From: an uncultured Desulfobacter sp.
Lineage (GTDB): Bacteria; Desulfobacterota; Desulfobacteria; Desulfobacterales; Desulfobacteraceae
Direction: 5' to 3'
NCBI GenBank assembly: GCA_963665095.1
Contig: OY762069.1
Location: 5,184,001-5,248,000, forward strand
Length of the DNA: 64,000 nt
The translations under genes were made by a program, and so were the position numbers. Each line of letters opens with the position of its first letter. The first letter of the stretch is position 1. Of the stretch, positions 50,330 to 60,158 are shown in pieces. The notes beneath the pieces are model-generated. The model was not told where the DNA came from. It ran no database searches and saw nothing but the letters and a program-made list of their open reading frames with translations.

Positions 50330-52006
50330 ATGAGCGATGCCAATTCGTCTAATTCTGTAGCAAGCAGTAATCGTGTTGAGGTGACAATCTCTGATCCAAA
50401 GCTAAAGGCACGTTATGATTCTCTTTGGAGGAAAGCAACATTAGAGATCCATCCTTTTCAAAAAGGAGACAGCCATCAAGGGACTGAGCACTGTATTCAT
50501 ATTTTGGAAAATTTAAACAAATTGACTTCAAGTAAAAACCTCTCCGATATTGAGGCGTTTTTAATTAGTTGCGCTGCCCTGTTACACGACATAGATAAAG
50601 CAATATCTGATTACAAGACGAGAGTTGACTCGGAAAAATTACACGGTGTAAAAGGGGCTGAATTTATACTTAGTCATTTCGATCTTTTTAATATAAATCA
50701 AGAGGAAGCACGAGCGATAGCTTTTATTGTAAGAAAGCATGGCTCAGAAGGTTTTGGAAATACAGATCAGATATATTCTAATTTTTCTATATCTAGCCGT
50801 CAAGGCTTGATAAATTTATTGCCCTTAGCCGCCGTGTTCAAACTGGCAGACATGTTGGATTTTTCACACAAAAGACTTTCGCACACTATAACAATGCTTA
50901 ATTATCCTGAGGGTCTAAACAATCCAAAGCTAGTCGCTAGGAATAGGATGGCCGGGTATCAAATTGTTGGCCAGGAGATATTGGTGAGTACTCTTGAGAT
51001 CAACAACTGCTTTGAGTATCAATCAGTTTTAACTGCTATTGACATGATTAATGAAGAGTTGCTTTCTACCGGTACATCGGAGCTTTTGAAACATTCTGGA
51101 TATCCTTACATTTTTAAATTAGATTCCCTAATTCTTCCTTCTGGGGACGTTAGGGCTTTCAAGTCTAAAAGGGACTCCATTTCAAGGTTTAATTCCGAAG
51201 GACGTTTGACCTTAGATCAAGCTGACGAAAATAAACTAATGAAGCTTTTTCAAGAGTATCCACAATCTTTAAATTTTTCAAAAGGAGAGCTTGAACAGCT
51301 TAAACCAATAGCCCCTACCCTGTATTCTGAAATTTCTAAAAAATCAATAAACTATATTGCAAAAAAACTTCGAGGGCACTTTGCATATTCAATTGATGAG
51401 TTAACAATAAAGCGTGTATATAATCGGGATTGCGGGATAAAATGTTCCCTTGAATATAGGAAGATAGAAAAACCAAAAGGCTTAAATGTATCATTGCCCT
51501 ATTCTTTAACGGAGTTATCAAAAAAAGCCAAATTTGTAACAGATGCATGTGCAAATACGTGCGGGGCTAGTTGTCGGTATGTTGAAGAAATAAAGTCTAA
51601 GGAAGATGGGCTTAATGGATCGTTTGAATGGGGATATACAAATGGACTTTCTTATATCGGTAAGTTAGATTGTTCGTTTGAAATCCTGAATGCATACGCA
51701 TATGATCGAAGTAAAATAGTAGAATTTTACCCTGATGACCTTGAATTCTATGAGGATTTTAATTATGATATAATTTATCCTATTTGTAGATTGAATATTT
51801 GTTTAGATTTTCCTGTCGGTTATAAAATTGAAGAAAGTTCCATTAAATGCAGACGATATGTCAACGGCCAGGAACCAGAAGATGTCGTTTATAATTATGA
51901 TAAGGCAAAAAATCGGTATCTTATTCAGATATTAAATCAAAATATATCAGATATAGAGCAATCCCCAAGGTATAACTTTCAGTGGATAGTACCAGAAAAT
52001 ATTTAA
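50330..52006 (+). CDS. HD-domain protein (HD-CE-like) with unassigned beta-rich C-terminal domain
   Basis: H..EH..LLHDID..H..G..H..LADMLD metal-binding pattern; AT-rich; start 50330 preferred over 50258. Confidence 0.75.
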   Translation: MSDANSSNSVASSNRVEVTISDPKLKARYDSLWRKATLEIHPFQKGDSHQGTEHCIHILENLNKLTSSKNLSDIEAFLISCAALLHDIDKAISDYKTRVDSEKLHGVKGAEFILSHFDLFNINQEEARAIAFIVRKHGSEGFGNTDQIYSNFSISSRQGLINLLPLAAVFKLADMLDFSHKRLSHTITMLNYPEGLNNPKLVARNRMAGYQIVGQEILVSTLEINNCFEYQSVLTAIDMINEELLSTGTSELLKHSGYPYIFKLDSLILPSGDVRAFKSKRDSISRFNSEGRLTLDQADENKLMKLFQEYPQSLNFSKGELEQLKPIAPTLYSEISKKSINYIAKKLRGHFAYSIDELTIKRVYNRDCGIKCSLEYRKIEKPKGLNVSLPYSLTELSKKAKFVTDACANTCGASCRYVEEIKSKEDGLNGSFEWGYTNGLSYIGKLDCSFEILNAYAYDRSKIVEFYPDDLEFYEDFNYDIIYPICRLNICLDFPVGYKIEESSIKCRRYVNGQEPEDVVYNYDKAKNRYLIQILNQNISDIEQSPRYNFQWIVPENI

Positions 52007-52644
52007 GTTTAAAGGAAAATTAACGATAGGACGATAGCTTGTATAAAGTGGTATATTATTTGCTTTGGATTATTGGTGTTTGACTAATAGGAGTTTATTG
52101 ATTATTTTGTAACCGTTTATTGATCAATTGTACCAATTATAATTTTATGTTTTGGTACGCAAAGGAGGAAGCATGTTTGGAAGAGGCACTCTGAAGGGGT
52201 AGTTGTTGTTTGTTTTTTTGGGGGCTAATATATTTATGGGTTAGCTCCTAACTTTTAGGTGTGAGCGCAAAAGGACAGGACAAGTTGGGATTGTAAAATT
52301 ACAAAAATTGTCAATTTTGTAATTCTTGATAGAGGCGACAGATTATGTAGTTTTTTTATTTTATAATATGGCTCGTAACTATTTTCAGCCTTATGGTTGA
52401 GAATGGGTTAACATTTCAGTAATTTTTGTAGTGCAAAATCATATTGGCTATTAGTTAGCCCAACGGGCCAATATAAAAGGCTCTTTAAAAAATTGAACTG
52501 AGTGGGGTGGACCCCATGGGTCAGACCATCTTAGTCCATGTTTAAGCTCCGAGTCGGGTTAAATCGTTCTGTTCCTTTTATTCCCAACCGGGCCAACGGA
52601 AGGAGCGTAGAGCGACTGGAGTTGGCCCGGTTGGCGCCTGCAAA

Positions 52645-53411
52645 TCAGGCCGCCATTTTGTGCTCTTTAAAATAGTATTCATCGGGAGTATGCCGATTCA
52701 GAGCCTGATGCGATCGTTCCCGATTATAATAATCAAACCAGTTTCTCAAGCCTTTTCTCATTTCAAGGGCGCTTTCAAAGGCGTGAAGATACAAGTAATG
52801 GTATTTTACGCTCCACCAAAGCCGTTCTATAAAAATGTTATCCATAAAACGTCCACGGCCATCCATACTGATTTTAATACCATGATTTTTCAGTACTTTT
52901 GTGAACGATCGGCTTGTAAACTGGCTGCCCTGGTCTGTATTAAATATCTCGGGGCATCCATATTTCGAGATGGCTGCCTCCAAAGCAGATACGCAGAATT
53001 CAGAATCAAGCGTATTCGAGAGACGCCAGGACAAGACCTTTCTGCTATACCAGTCCATGATCGCAACCAAATACATAAAACCCTTGTTCATGGGAACATA
53101 GGTGATATCTGTACACCAGACCATATCTGGTCTATTGATATCTATCTCCTTCAAAAGATAGGGATAAATCCTATGCTCAGGATGGGGTTTGCTGGTTTTG
53201 GGTTTAGGATATATGGCCTCAATTCCCATTAAACGCATAAGACGCTGCACCCGCTTCTTATTCGTTACTTGTCCTTGTCTTACAAGTGCGTCCCGAATGG
53301 TTCTACTGCCGCTGGTTGGATGCTTCATATATTCTTGGTCTATCTGTTTCATCACCTCAAGATCACGGGGTGGTATCGGCTTGGATTTGTAATAAAACGA
53401 TGACCTGTGAA
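52645..53411 (-). pseudogene. IS3-A orfB, 3' portion (DDE core); 5' portion at about 58038-58145
   Basis: WCTDITY, NTDQGSQF, FIERLW; rejoined reading LLNI|HRSSFYY across the insertion. Confidence 0.9.
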
Positions 53412-53744
53412 TGAAGTGGACCCCATGTCAAGACCGATTTTAACGTTTTTTAAGCTACATTTTCTCTGTTTCTAATTTCGAATCAGCCTGTTAAAGACCC
53501 TCTTTTCCGGCATATTTTTCTTGATATTTAATACCGCTATGTTATCCTCCCGCCGCCAACCCGGAGGATAGGGCAATGCTGGGAAGCAACCTGAGCGCCG
53601 TGGCTGGCGACGAAGACATGGGGGCAGTATACGTTTAATGTATGCTGTCCTTCCCCCATGTTTTTGTCCTTAATGCGTTAAATCCTCGCGCCTTAGCGCG
53701 AAATCAATACCCCGTAGGGCCGCCGGAGGCATCAGGCCTTTCCT

Positions 53745-54434
53745 TTAAGCCGCTCGATAGACCGAAAACGGCACCTTATACCCCAGGGCTGAATGAAGTC
53801 TCTCCCGATTATAAAACCCGATAAACGCTTTTAACGATTGCTGAGCCTCTCTTACCGTTCTGTAGTCCTTCAAATAGACTTCTTCGTATTTAATCGTTCT
53901 CCACAGCCGTTCCACAAAAACGTTGTCCAAGGCTCTGCCCTTTGAATCCATGCTGATTTTGATGTTTTTAGCCTGGAGTATCTTCAAAAATTTTAATGAA
54001 GTGAACTGACTACCCTGGTCAGTGTTGAAAATCTCAGGTGTCGATACAATCAATGCCTCCTCAAGGGCCTCAATACAAAATGTATTCTCAAGGGTGTTAC
54101 TGAGGCGCCATGAAAGGACATATCTGCTAAACCAATCCATAACCGCCAATAAGTACATAAATCCGTTTCCAATTCTAATGTATGTGATATCTGTACTCCA
54201 TACCTGATCTGGCCTGTCAATTACGGCATTTTTCAGCAAATAGGGGTAAACTTTATGGCTTTCATCCCTCCTTGTTGTTTTAGGTCCTGGGTAAATCGCT
54301 TCTATTCTCATCAGCTTCATCAGGCGCTGTACTCGTTTCCTGCTTACCGGATACCCCATATTGTTCAGCCAGGCTGTAAGCCTACGGCTTCCATAAAAGG
54401 GGGTTTTGGTATGCTGCTCATCAAGCAGATCCAT
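53745..54434 (-). pseudogene. IS3-B orfB, 3' portion; 5' portion at about 57533-57690
   Basis: WSTDITY, NTDQGSQF, FVERLW; rejoined reading YTLTLM|DLLDEQH. Confidence 0.9.
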
Positions 54435-54727
54435 TGTTGAGTCGCATTTTATCCTGACTTAAATTTTCTAATTATTTTGAACAGATTAAATCTTTTCCAT
54501 ATTATTTAAGACAGCTACAGAAGTCGCTGCGCTCCTTCTCAGTAGGTTTTTAAGGCATAGGCAGAACAGCTTGAATAAAGCAGAAAGGGGAAGCAGGTAA
54601 TCCCCACTTCCCCTGGCGCATTATTCAATGCTGCCTGCTTCCGGCTATCCCTTACCAGGTTGCTCCTCAGCAGAGCCCGGCTCCGTTTCACCGAAATCGT
54701 AATATTCTGCTCTATGGCTGTTTTTTC

Positions 54728-55537
54728 TTAAAAAATCTCCGATGAAGCAATGCGGACATGCTCTGCAGATACCGTCATTGATTTTTCTGCCGCAGCAGCA
54801 ATCAATGAGCCTCTGGCAAGATTATTCGCCTTTCGTAAAAGGCCGCCGGAGCCTTGATGAATCGCAGTCACCGCCTGGTCAGAAAAAAAGTTGGTGTCAA
54901 CACCGCATAGTTTTAAATGATGGATCAGGTAAGTTTTCATTCCAGCCACATCCAGACCATCCAGATGGCTTTTAGCCACAATCCTGGATGCAAACGGGAT
55001 TGACGTCCGGTACTGAAGCTTATCTATCAATGTCGGCTGACCTGCAAGGATCACAGGCAGCCAGGGCATGGCGTCTTTTTCAAATTGAACCAGGGTGTGA
55101 AGTTCGGCAAAGACTTCCATGCGAAGCAGAGATGCCTCATCTATAATCAAAACGGTTTTGATCTTTTTTCCCAGGACGAATTCACGTATTTCATTTTTAA
55201 TAATGGAGATCATAACAGCGCGGGACGTCGATGTCCGCTCTATGCCCAGTTCTTCAACAATCTGCCGGTAAAGTTCCATGATGGAACCGCTTGAGGCCGT
55301 AACATAAAAGACTTTGTATTCCGAAGGGTGTAGGGATGAGGCGGCATACCTTAAGGCGGTGGACTTTCCGCTGCCCACATCCCCTGTGATAACCGCACTG
55401 CAGCCAAGTCTTAAGGAATAATCAATCCGATTTTTAACGCCCGAGACCTCCGGGGTGACCAGGATATCATTGATTTCTATCTGTGCCGGGAAGGCCTCCC
55501 TATATAAGCCAAAAAAGGTACGATACATTTCACTCAT
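54728..55537 (-). CDS. ExeA-like AAA+ ATPase (transposition helper)
   Basis: GDVGSGKS, LIIDEA, LAGQP; 4-nt overlap with transposase. Confidence 0.88.
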   Translation of the reverse strand: MSEMYRTFFGLYREAFPAQIEINDILVTPEVSGVKNRIDYSLRLGCSAVITGDVGSGKSTALRYAASSLHPSEYKVFYVTASSGSIMELYRQIVEELGIERTSTSRAVMISIIKNEIREFVLGKKIKTVLIIDEASLLRMEVFAELHTLVQFEKDAMPWLPVILAGQPTLIDKLQYRTSIPFASRIVAKSHLDGLDVAGMKTYLIHHLKLCGVDTNFFSDQAVTAIHQGSGGLLRKANNLARGSLIAAAAEKSMTVSAEHVRIASSEIF

Positions 55538-56790
55538 AACAGTTGCCCTCCCTTGTAATTTGAGGGTTCAGGCATAATCCGGATATCATTTTCGTTCCAG
55601 CGGTGCCGCTTGACCCGACAGTTCACAGCAAGGTCCACCGGGGTTAACAAGCCATAAGACTTTGCTTTATAGATAACTTCAGCCTGCAAAGGGGTGTCCT
55701 CATGGTACTTTACATCCACATGTCTGCCGATCAGCGCAACCGGGGCCTCAAACATGTTGCCGTCAAGGGTGATGGTTCGGTCCTTTGCCACCTTGCGCCG
55801 GGCGGTTTTGCGGAAGTGGTCTTTCAGATCCGGTGGGGCGGTACGGATGCACTCCATGGCCGAGGTAAATCTTTTAAACGGTGATTCGCCTGTGGAACTG
55901 TGTTTACGCTGATGGTACTCATTATGAAGCCACTTCTCAAACGCCCCATTCAGATCATCCAGGGTCTTACCTGTAAATCTTTGCAGAAACTGAAGCCGAA
56001 CCGTTCTGAACCAGCGCTCGATTTTACCTTTCCCCTGGGGTTTATATGGCCTTGCATGGATTAAAGCGATGGACAGAGACGCGGCTACATATTTTAAATG
56101 ATGGGATCTGAACGCAGGACCGTTATCTACATACAGCTTGCGGGGAAGCCCGCGGCTCAAAAAAGCTTGCTCCAGTACCATAAGATAGGTCTTCAGATTC
56201 TCAGATAAATAAAAACCTGCAGCCGTAACCAGCCTGGAATGATCGTCCATAATGGCAATCAGGTACGTTTTTCTTTGCTTATCCTGAACCAGGACTGTAG
56301 GGCCGTGCATGACGTCGCTTTGCCACATATCATTGGGGTGCGGGGCTTCAAACTTTCTTCTATCCTCTGGCCGGGCCGTGTTCATTAGCCCCCGGCCGCG
56401 TAAAAAACGGTATACACTGGATGGACTGTATGTCTGGCATGTAGTTTTTTGAAGTGAACAGATCAATGTATCGACTGTCGCATCAGGCTGGTCTAACCGG
56501 AGTTTGATTAGTTGAGATGCAGTCTCGTCATCGAATACCCTTGATTTTCCCTGGTCTGAACGGTCTTTGGGGTAAAGAGATTCTATTCGACCGTTATACT
56601 GCCGGACCCATCCCAGAATCGTACTTCTGGAAAGCCTGGTCCTTCCAGAATACGGGATGGACCATTTGCGGGCGCATTTCTGCTGTAAAATTCGTTCTTT
56701 TTCACCGTAATCAAAATTTGTTCCGGTCACAAATTCACAAATGACCCCAAACCTGAACACGGCAACCTCTTTTTTCTGATTTTCTGTCAT
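55534..56790 (-). CDS. DDE transposase (rve core, Mu-like C-terminus)
   Basis: WQSD, DDHSR, YVDNG, GKIERWF. Confidence 0.92.
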   Translation of the reverse strand: MTENQKKEVAVFRFGVICEFVTGTNFDYGEKERILQQKCARKWSIPYSGRTRLSRSTILGWVRQYNGRIESLYPKDRSDQGKSRVFDDETASQLIKLRLDQPDATVDTLICSLQKTTCQTYSPSSVYRFLRGRGLMNTARPEDRRKFEAPHPNDMWQSDVMHGPTVLVQDKQRKTYLIAIMDDHSRLVTAAGFYLSENLKTYLMVLEQAFLSRGLPRKLYVDNGPAFRSHHLKYVAASLSIALIHARPYKPQGKGKIERWFRTVRLQFLQRFTGKTLDDLNGAFEKWLHNEYHQRKHSSTGESPFKRFTSAMECIRTAPPDLKDHFRKTARRKVAKDRTITLDGNMFEAPVALIGRHVDVKYHEDTPLQAEVIYKAKSYGLLTPVDLAVNCRVKRHRWNENDIRIMPEPSNYKGGQLL

Positions 56791-56893
56791 ACTTCCTCCT
56801 TAAAATTTGGTTCTAAGGGCTTGTATGACAGTATGATCCTTCGGTAAATCACAGCCTTCGGTAGGGTGGTTTAAACCTGATCCAGCCCCATGG

Positions 56894-57340
56894 TTAAATT
56901 GAACTGGTAACCGGGATTTTACCCATACCGATTAGCTTGATAAAACCAGCAACCACACCTTTGTCCCAACTGTTGGACAGGTAGGCCGCTATATTTCGTT
57001 TCAATGCAGTAAACCAAAAATGCTGTCGACTCCAGGAGAGTTCCGGCAGATACCGGTCTGTGTATAGACGACTCATAATGCTGGTAAGGATTTGCCAGAT
57101 ACTGGCCTGGAACCTCTTGAAAAAACCATATGGCTTCAATTTGAATACGGTTTTGCAATAGGGGCAGCGATATCGCTTCAAATACACCCCTTGATCAAAT
57201 CCATCAAAAAAGGAGAGTACAAAGCCGTGTCCCCACAGCCTGGAGTCGTTGCAATGTGGACATCGTGACGGTTTTGGCCATGTAAAATTTTTGCCCTGCT
57301 TGAAAATTTGCTTGATATCAGCTTTGACCTTTATTATCAT
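56894..57340 (-). CDS. Zinc-finger accessory protein (DUF6431-like)
   Basis: CPHC...WGHG...RYRCPYC, inside element ends. Confidence 0.7.
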   Translation of the reverse strand: MIIKVKADIKQIFKQGKNFTWPKPSRCPHCNDSRLWGHGFVLSFFDGFDQGVYLKRYRCPYCKTVFKLKPYGFFKRFQASIWQILTSIMSRLYTDRYLPELSWSRQHFWFTALKRNIAAYLSNSWDKGVVAGFIKLIGMGKIPVTSSI

Positions 57341-57663
57341 TTTTATGGTTGTTTTGGGATTTTATAAATCCCGGTCTTAAGGGCGAGGCTCTGCAAAGCT
57401 TTTCGCCCTTTTCATTTTTGTCAGAATGCTTTGATCAGAACCTGTACAGGATAATTTGAGAAAAATGGAACTTTGTCAATTTAATATGAAAAATTTGGCG
57501 GGTTTTTGTTCAGGTTATTTCGGGAATCTACACCATAAGGGTTAATGTATACGGGCTTATGGCTACCGGCCTGTAATACAACGCCCCTTTTGAAACCTGA
57601 AGCAGTTCACACTGCCGGTTAATGCTGATGGAAGGATGTTGTTTATCTATCAACCCCCTTCTG

Positions 57664-57948
57664 TCAGAGATTGATTGTATTAACCTTTTTTTTTAACCAG
57701 TCATTCTCAACTTCGAGCTGACCGATTTTCTTATATAATTCGTCTATTAGATTCTGAGTATCATTTGGGCTTTTCTTTTTCGCTGATGAAAACAACGTCG
57801 GAAGACCCTCTATCGCTTCTTTCTTCCATCTGTTTAACATAGTTCGATGAACCTGGTATTTGGATGACAACTCCGCAAGAGTTTCATTTTCTCGAATCAC
57901 ATCAACTACAACTTTAGCTTTGAACTTTCCGGTATAATTTTTTCTCAT
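57664..57948 (-). CDS. IS3-B orfA with A9G -1 frameshift signal
   Basis: FKAKVV..ELSSKYQVH..WKK HTH; WLKKK slippery run at 57686-57694. Confidence 0.88.
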   Translation of the reverse strand: MRKNYTGKFKAKVVVDVIRENETLAELSSKYQVHRTMLNRWKKEAIEGLPTLFSSAKKKSPNDTQNLIDELYKKIGQLEVENDWLKKKVNTINL

Positions 57949-58118
57949 GGACCTCCTTTTTCGGTACAAATTTGAACCGGGTTTTTATCACCTCATATGT
58001 ACCTTAGCAACTGGTTCAAATTTCGGGGTCCATTATAGAATGTTTAAAAGTTGGCATTGTTTTCTAAGACTCAGCCTGGGATGCTTGGAATCAACCATAT
58101 CCTTACGCAACCCCATAT

Positions 58119-58400
58119 CTACAGACCGAGCCCTTTGGAAAAAAAATCGTTTTCGACCTCTAACTTAACAATCTTTTTATATAATTCGTCTACAGTGGCA
58201 TCATGATTCTTTTTTGTTTTTTGACCTTTATCAAATACGTCGGCAGCACTTTCAAGCAGGGCTCTTTTCCAATTATTAATCATGGTCGGGTGAACTTGGA
58301 ACCGGGCTGCCAACTCGGCAGTTGTCTCTTCATTTTTCAGGGCGGCAAGTGCCACCTTTGCCTTGAACTCTGGGCTGTACTGTTTCCGTCTTTTGCTCAT
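58119..58400 (-). CDS. IS3-A orfA with T-run frameshift signal
   Basis: YSPEFKAKVAL..ELAARFQVHP..WK; T8C run near the end. Confidence 0.9.
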   Translation of the reverse strand: MSKRRKQYSPEFKAKVALAALKNEETTAELAARFQVHPTMINNWKRALLESAADVFDKGQKTKKNHDATVDELYKKIVKLEVENDFFSKGLGL

Positions 58401-58653
58401 CGTCTGTTCCTTTTCAAGTTTATGACTCAGAGCTTAACACATGGTCCAATTTTGGGGGACCACCTCAATAGCAGTGCATCCGGTGAATTTCAAGTCGCAA
58501 ATCCATCCTCTGTCCTTATTTATTACAGGGTGGCATGAAGCTGGGCCCCATTAGAAATGAAAAATTTGTTGTCCGGAATGTAATTTTGGTAACCTGACGG
58601 TGCTTTATTCGTCCTCTTTAAAATAAATTTATTAAAAATCAGTCTGTTATATT

Positions 58654-58670
58654 CTGGCATGGCCTTTGCT
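58654..58670 (+). promoter_or_regulatory. sigma54 -24/-12 promoter
   Basis: CTGGCATGGCCTTTGCT, near-consensus. Confidence 0.75.
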
Positions 58671-58702
58671 CTAAGGGGAATGGTTTTAATTAACAAGGAG
58701 GC

Positions 58703-60097
58703 TTGAATATGGCTGGAACCAAGAAGATAACAGGTATTAAAAAACGCACGGCTGCACTGACATGCATAATTATTCCGGTGATAGCCGTTTGTTTGTATGG
58801 TGGGACAGGAACATCTGTAATCCGGTGTCTTGAAAAAATAGCATGGGGGGATGCCCTCATTGGTGTGTCAACCGTTTTTTTCTGTCTTGCGTTTGCAGAG
58901 CTGATCTGGCGGATTGTGCTGGTGATAAGATACCGGCCGTTTAACAGCGTGACGGACGACCTGCTGCCTGCATGTACGGTGGTGGTCCCTGCATATAATG
59001 AAGGCAGACAGGTGTTTGATACCCTTAAAAGCCTGGCTGCCAGCAATTACCCAAAAGAGAAGCTTCAGCTCATTGCCGTGGATGACGGCAGTGCGGACGA
59101 TACCTGGGACTGGATTGAACAGGCACGGGCAACTCTGGCCCTGCCCGTTTGGACCATCCGGCAGATTAAAAACAAGGGAAAACGCCATGCCCTGTATGCC
59201 GGGTTTAAAAAAAGTGTCGGAACCATTCTGGTAACAGTGGACAGTGATTCCACAGTGGAGCCTGATACGCTTCGGCGTCTTGTGGCCCCTTTTGTTAAAG
59301 ACGCCTTTGTTGGCGCGGTGGCCGGAAATGTCCGGGTGCTGAATTTGAATAAAGGCATCATTCCACGAATGGTGGACATTGTGTTTGTGTTCAGTTTTGA
59401 TTTCATGCGTGCCAGCCAGAGCATGGTCCGGACCGTGATGTGTACACCAGGAGCCCTTTCTGCATATCGTAAGTCCATTGTTAAGGGGGTACTGGATGAG
59501 TGGCTGAATCAGAAGTTCCTGGGCAGTCCTGCCAATATTGGAGAGGATCGCGCTCTGACCAATCTGATTATCCGTGAGGGGTATGATGTGGTGTTCCAGC
59601 AGAATGCCAGGGTTTTTACCGAAGTGCCGGTGGGCTATCCCCAGCTGTGCAAAATGTATCTGAGGTGGGCCAGAAGCAATGTCCGGGAGACCATTGCCAT
59701 GACAGGTTTTATTTTTACGCCTTTCCGCCGGGGATCAAAGCTTGGGGCGCGAATAAATTTGATTTCCGACTGGCTTAAACTTACCTTGGTCCAGATGTTG
59801 CTCATTGTCTCTTGGGGCCTGATCCTGTGGCATCCGGATATATTTGCAGGCAGAACTGTCATCGGTATTATGCTGGGATCAAGTCTCTCCGCCATAATCT
59901 ATGCCTGGAAATACAGACGAATATCAGCGCTGCTGGCATTTGTCTATGGTTTCTTTTTCTTTACCGCACTGGCCTGGATCAAACCCTATGCACTGGTCAC
60001 ATTGCATAACTCCCACTGGCTGACACGGGCCTGCCCCCGGAAAGTTGACCACCCACACCATTTTACACCCCGTCCCCTGGGACAGAAACTGACCTGA
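58703..60097 (+). CDS. Processive GT2 glycosyltransferase, hyaluronan synthase/NodC-like
   Basis: PAYNE, DDGS, GKR, VDSD, GEDR, MYLRW (QxxRW variant), TM helices at both ends. Confidence 0.85.
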   Translation: MNMAGTKKITGIKKRTAALTCIIIPVIAVCLYGGTGTSVIRCLEKIAWGDALIGVSTVFFCLAFAELIWRIVLVIRYRPFNSVTDDLLPACTVVVPAYNEGRQVFDTLKSLAASNYPKEKLQLIAVDDGSADDTWDWIEQARATLALPVWTIRQIKNKGKRHALYAGFKKSVGTILVTVDSDSTVEPDTLRRLVAPFVKDAFVGAVAGNVRVLNLNKGIIPRMVDIVFVFSFDFMRASQSMVRTVMCTPGALSAYRKSIVKGVLDEWLNQKFLGSPANIGEDRALTNLIIREGYDVVFQQNARVFTEVPVGYPQLCKMYLRWARSNVRETIAMTGFIFTPFRRGSKLGARINLISDWLKLTLVQMLLIVSWGLILWHPDIFAGRTVIGIMLGSSLSAIIYAWKYRRISALLAFVYGFFFFTALAWIKPYALVTLHNSHWLTRACPRKVDHPHHFTPRPLGQKLT

Positions 60098-60158
60098 TCC
60101 CTCCCCTTCCGGCACGGTGCACTGTTCCGGTGCGCCTTGCCGGCTCCCGCCGTCTGCA

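Larger units (their letters stand above)
54435..57532 (-). mobile_element. Three-gene DDE plus AAA-ATPase transposable element C (inner)
   Basis: TGT...ACA ends, 4-bp duplication CCAT (54431-54434, 57533-57536), repeated subterminal TTATCCTG-like motifs. Confidence 0.88.
53412..58037 (-). mobile_element. IS3-family element B (middle), inserted in IS3-A orfB
   Basis: Ends TGAAGTGGACCCC / TATAATGGACCCC; 3-bp duplication GAA (53409-53411, 58038-58040). Confidence 0.9.
52503..58467 (-). mobile_element. IS3-family element A (outer), interrupted
   Basis: 27-bp imperfect IRs TGGGGTGGACCCCATGGGTCAGACCAT / TGAGGTGGTCCCCCAAAATTGGACCAT; about 1.34 kb after removing insert; no target duplication visible. 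Confidence 0.9.

Noticed and set aside
52160..52330. AGGAGG-ATG mini-ORF (MFGRGTLKG) and AT palindrome at about 52297-52324
   Set aside because: Stops after 9 codons; could be gene debris, and AT-only palindromes arise readily in such sequence
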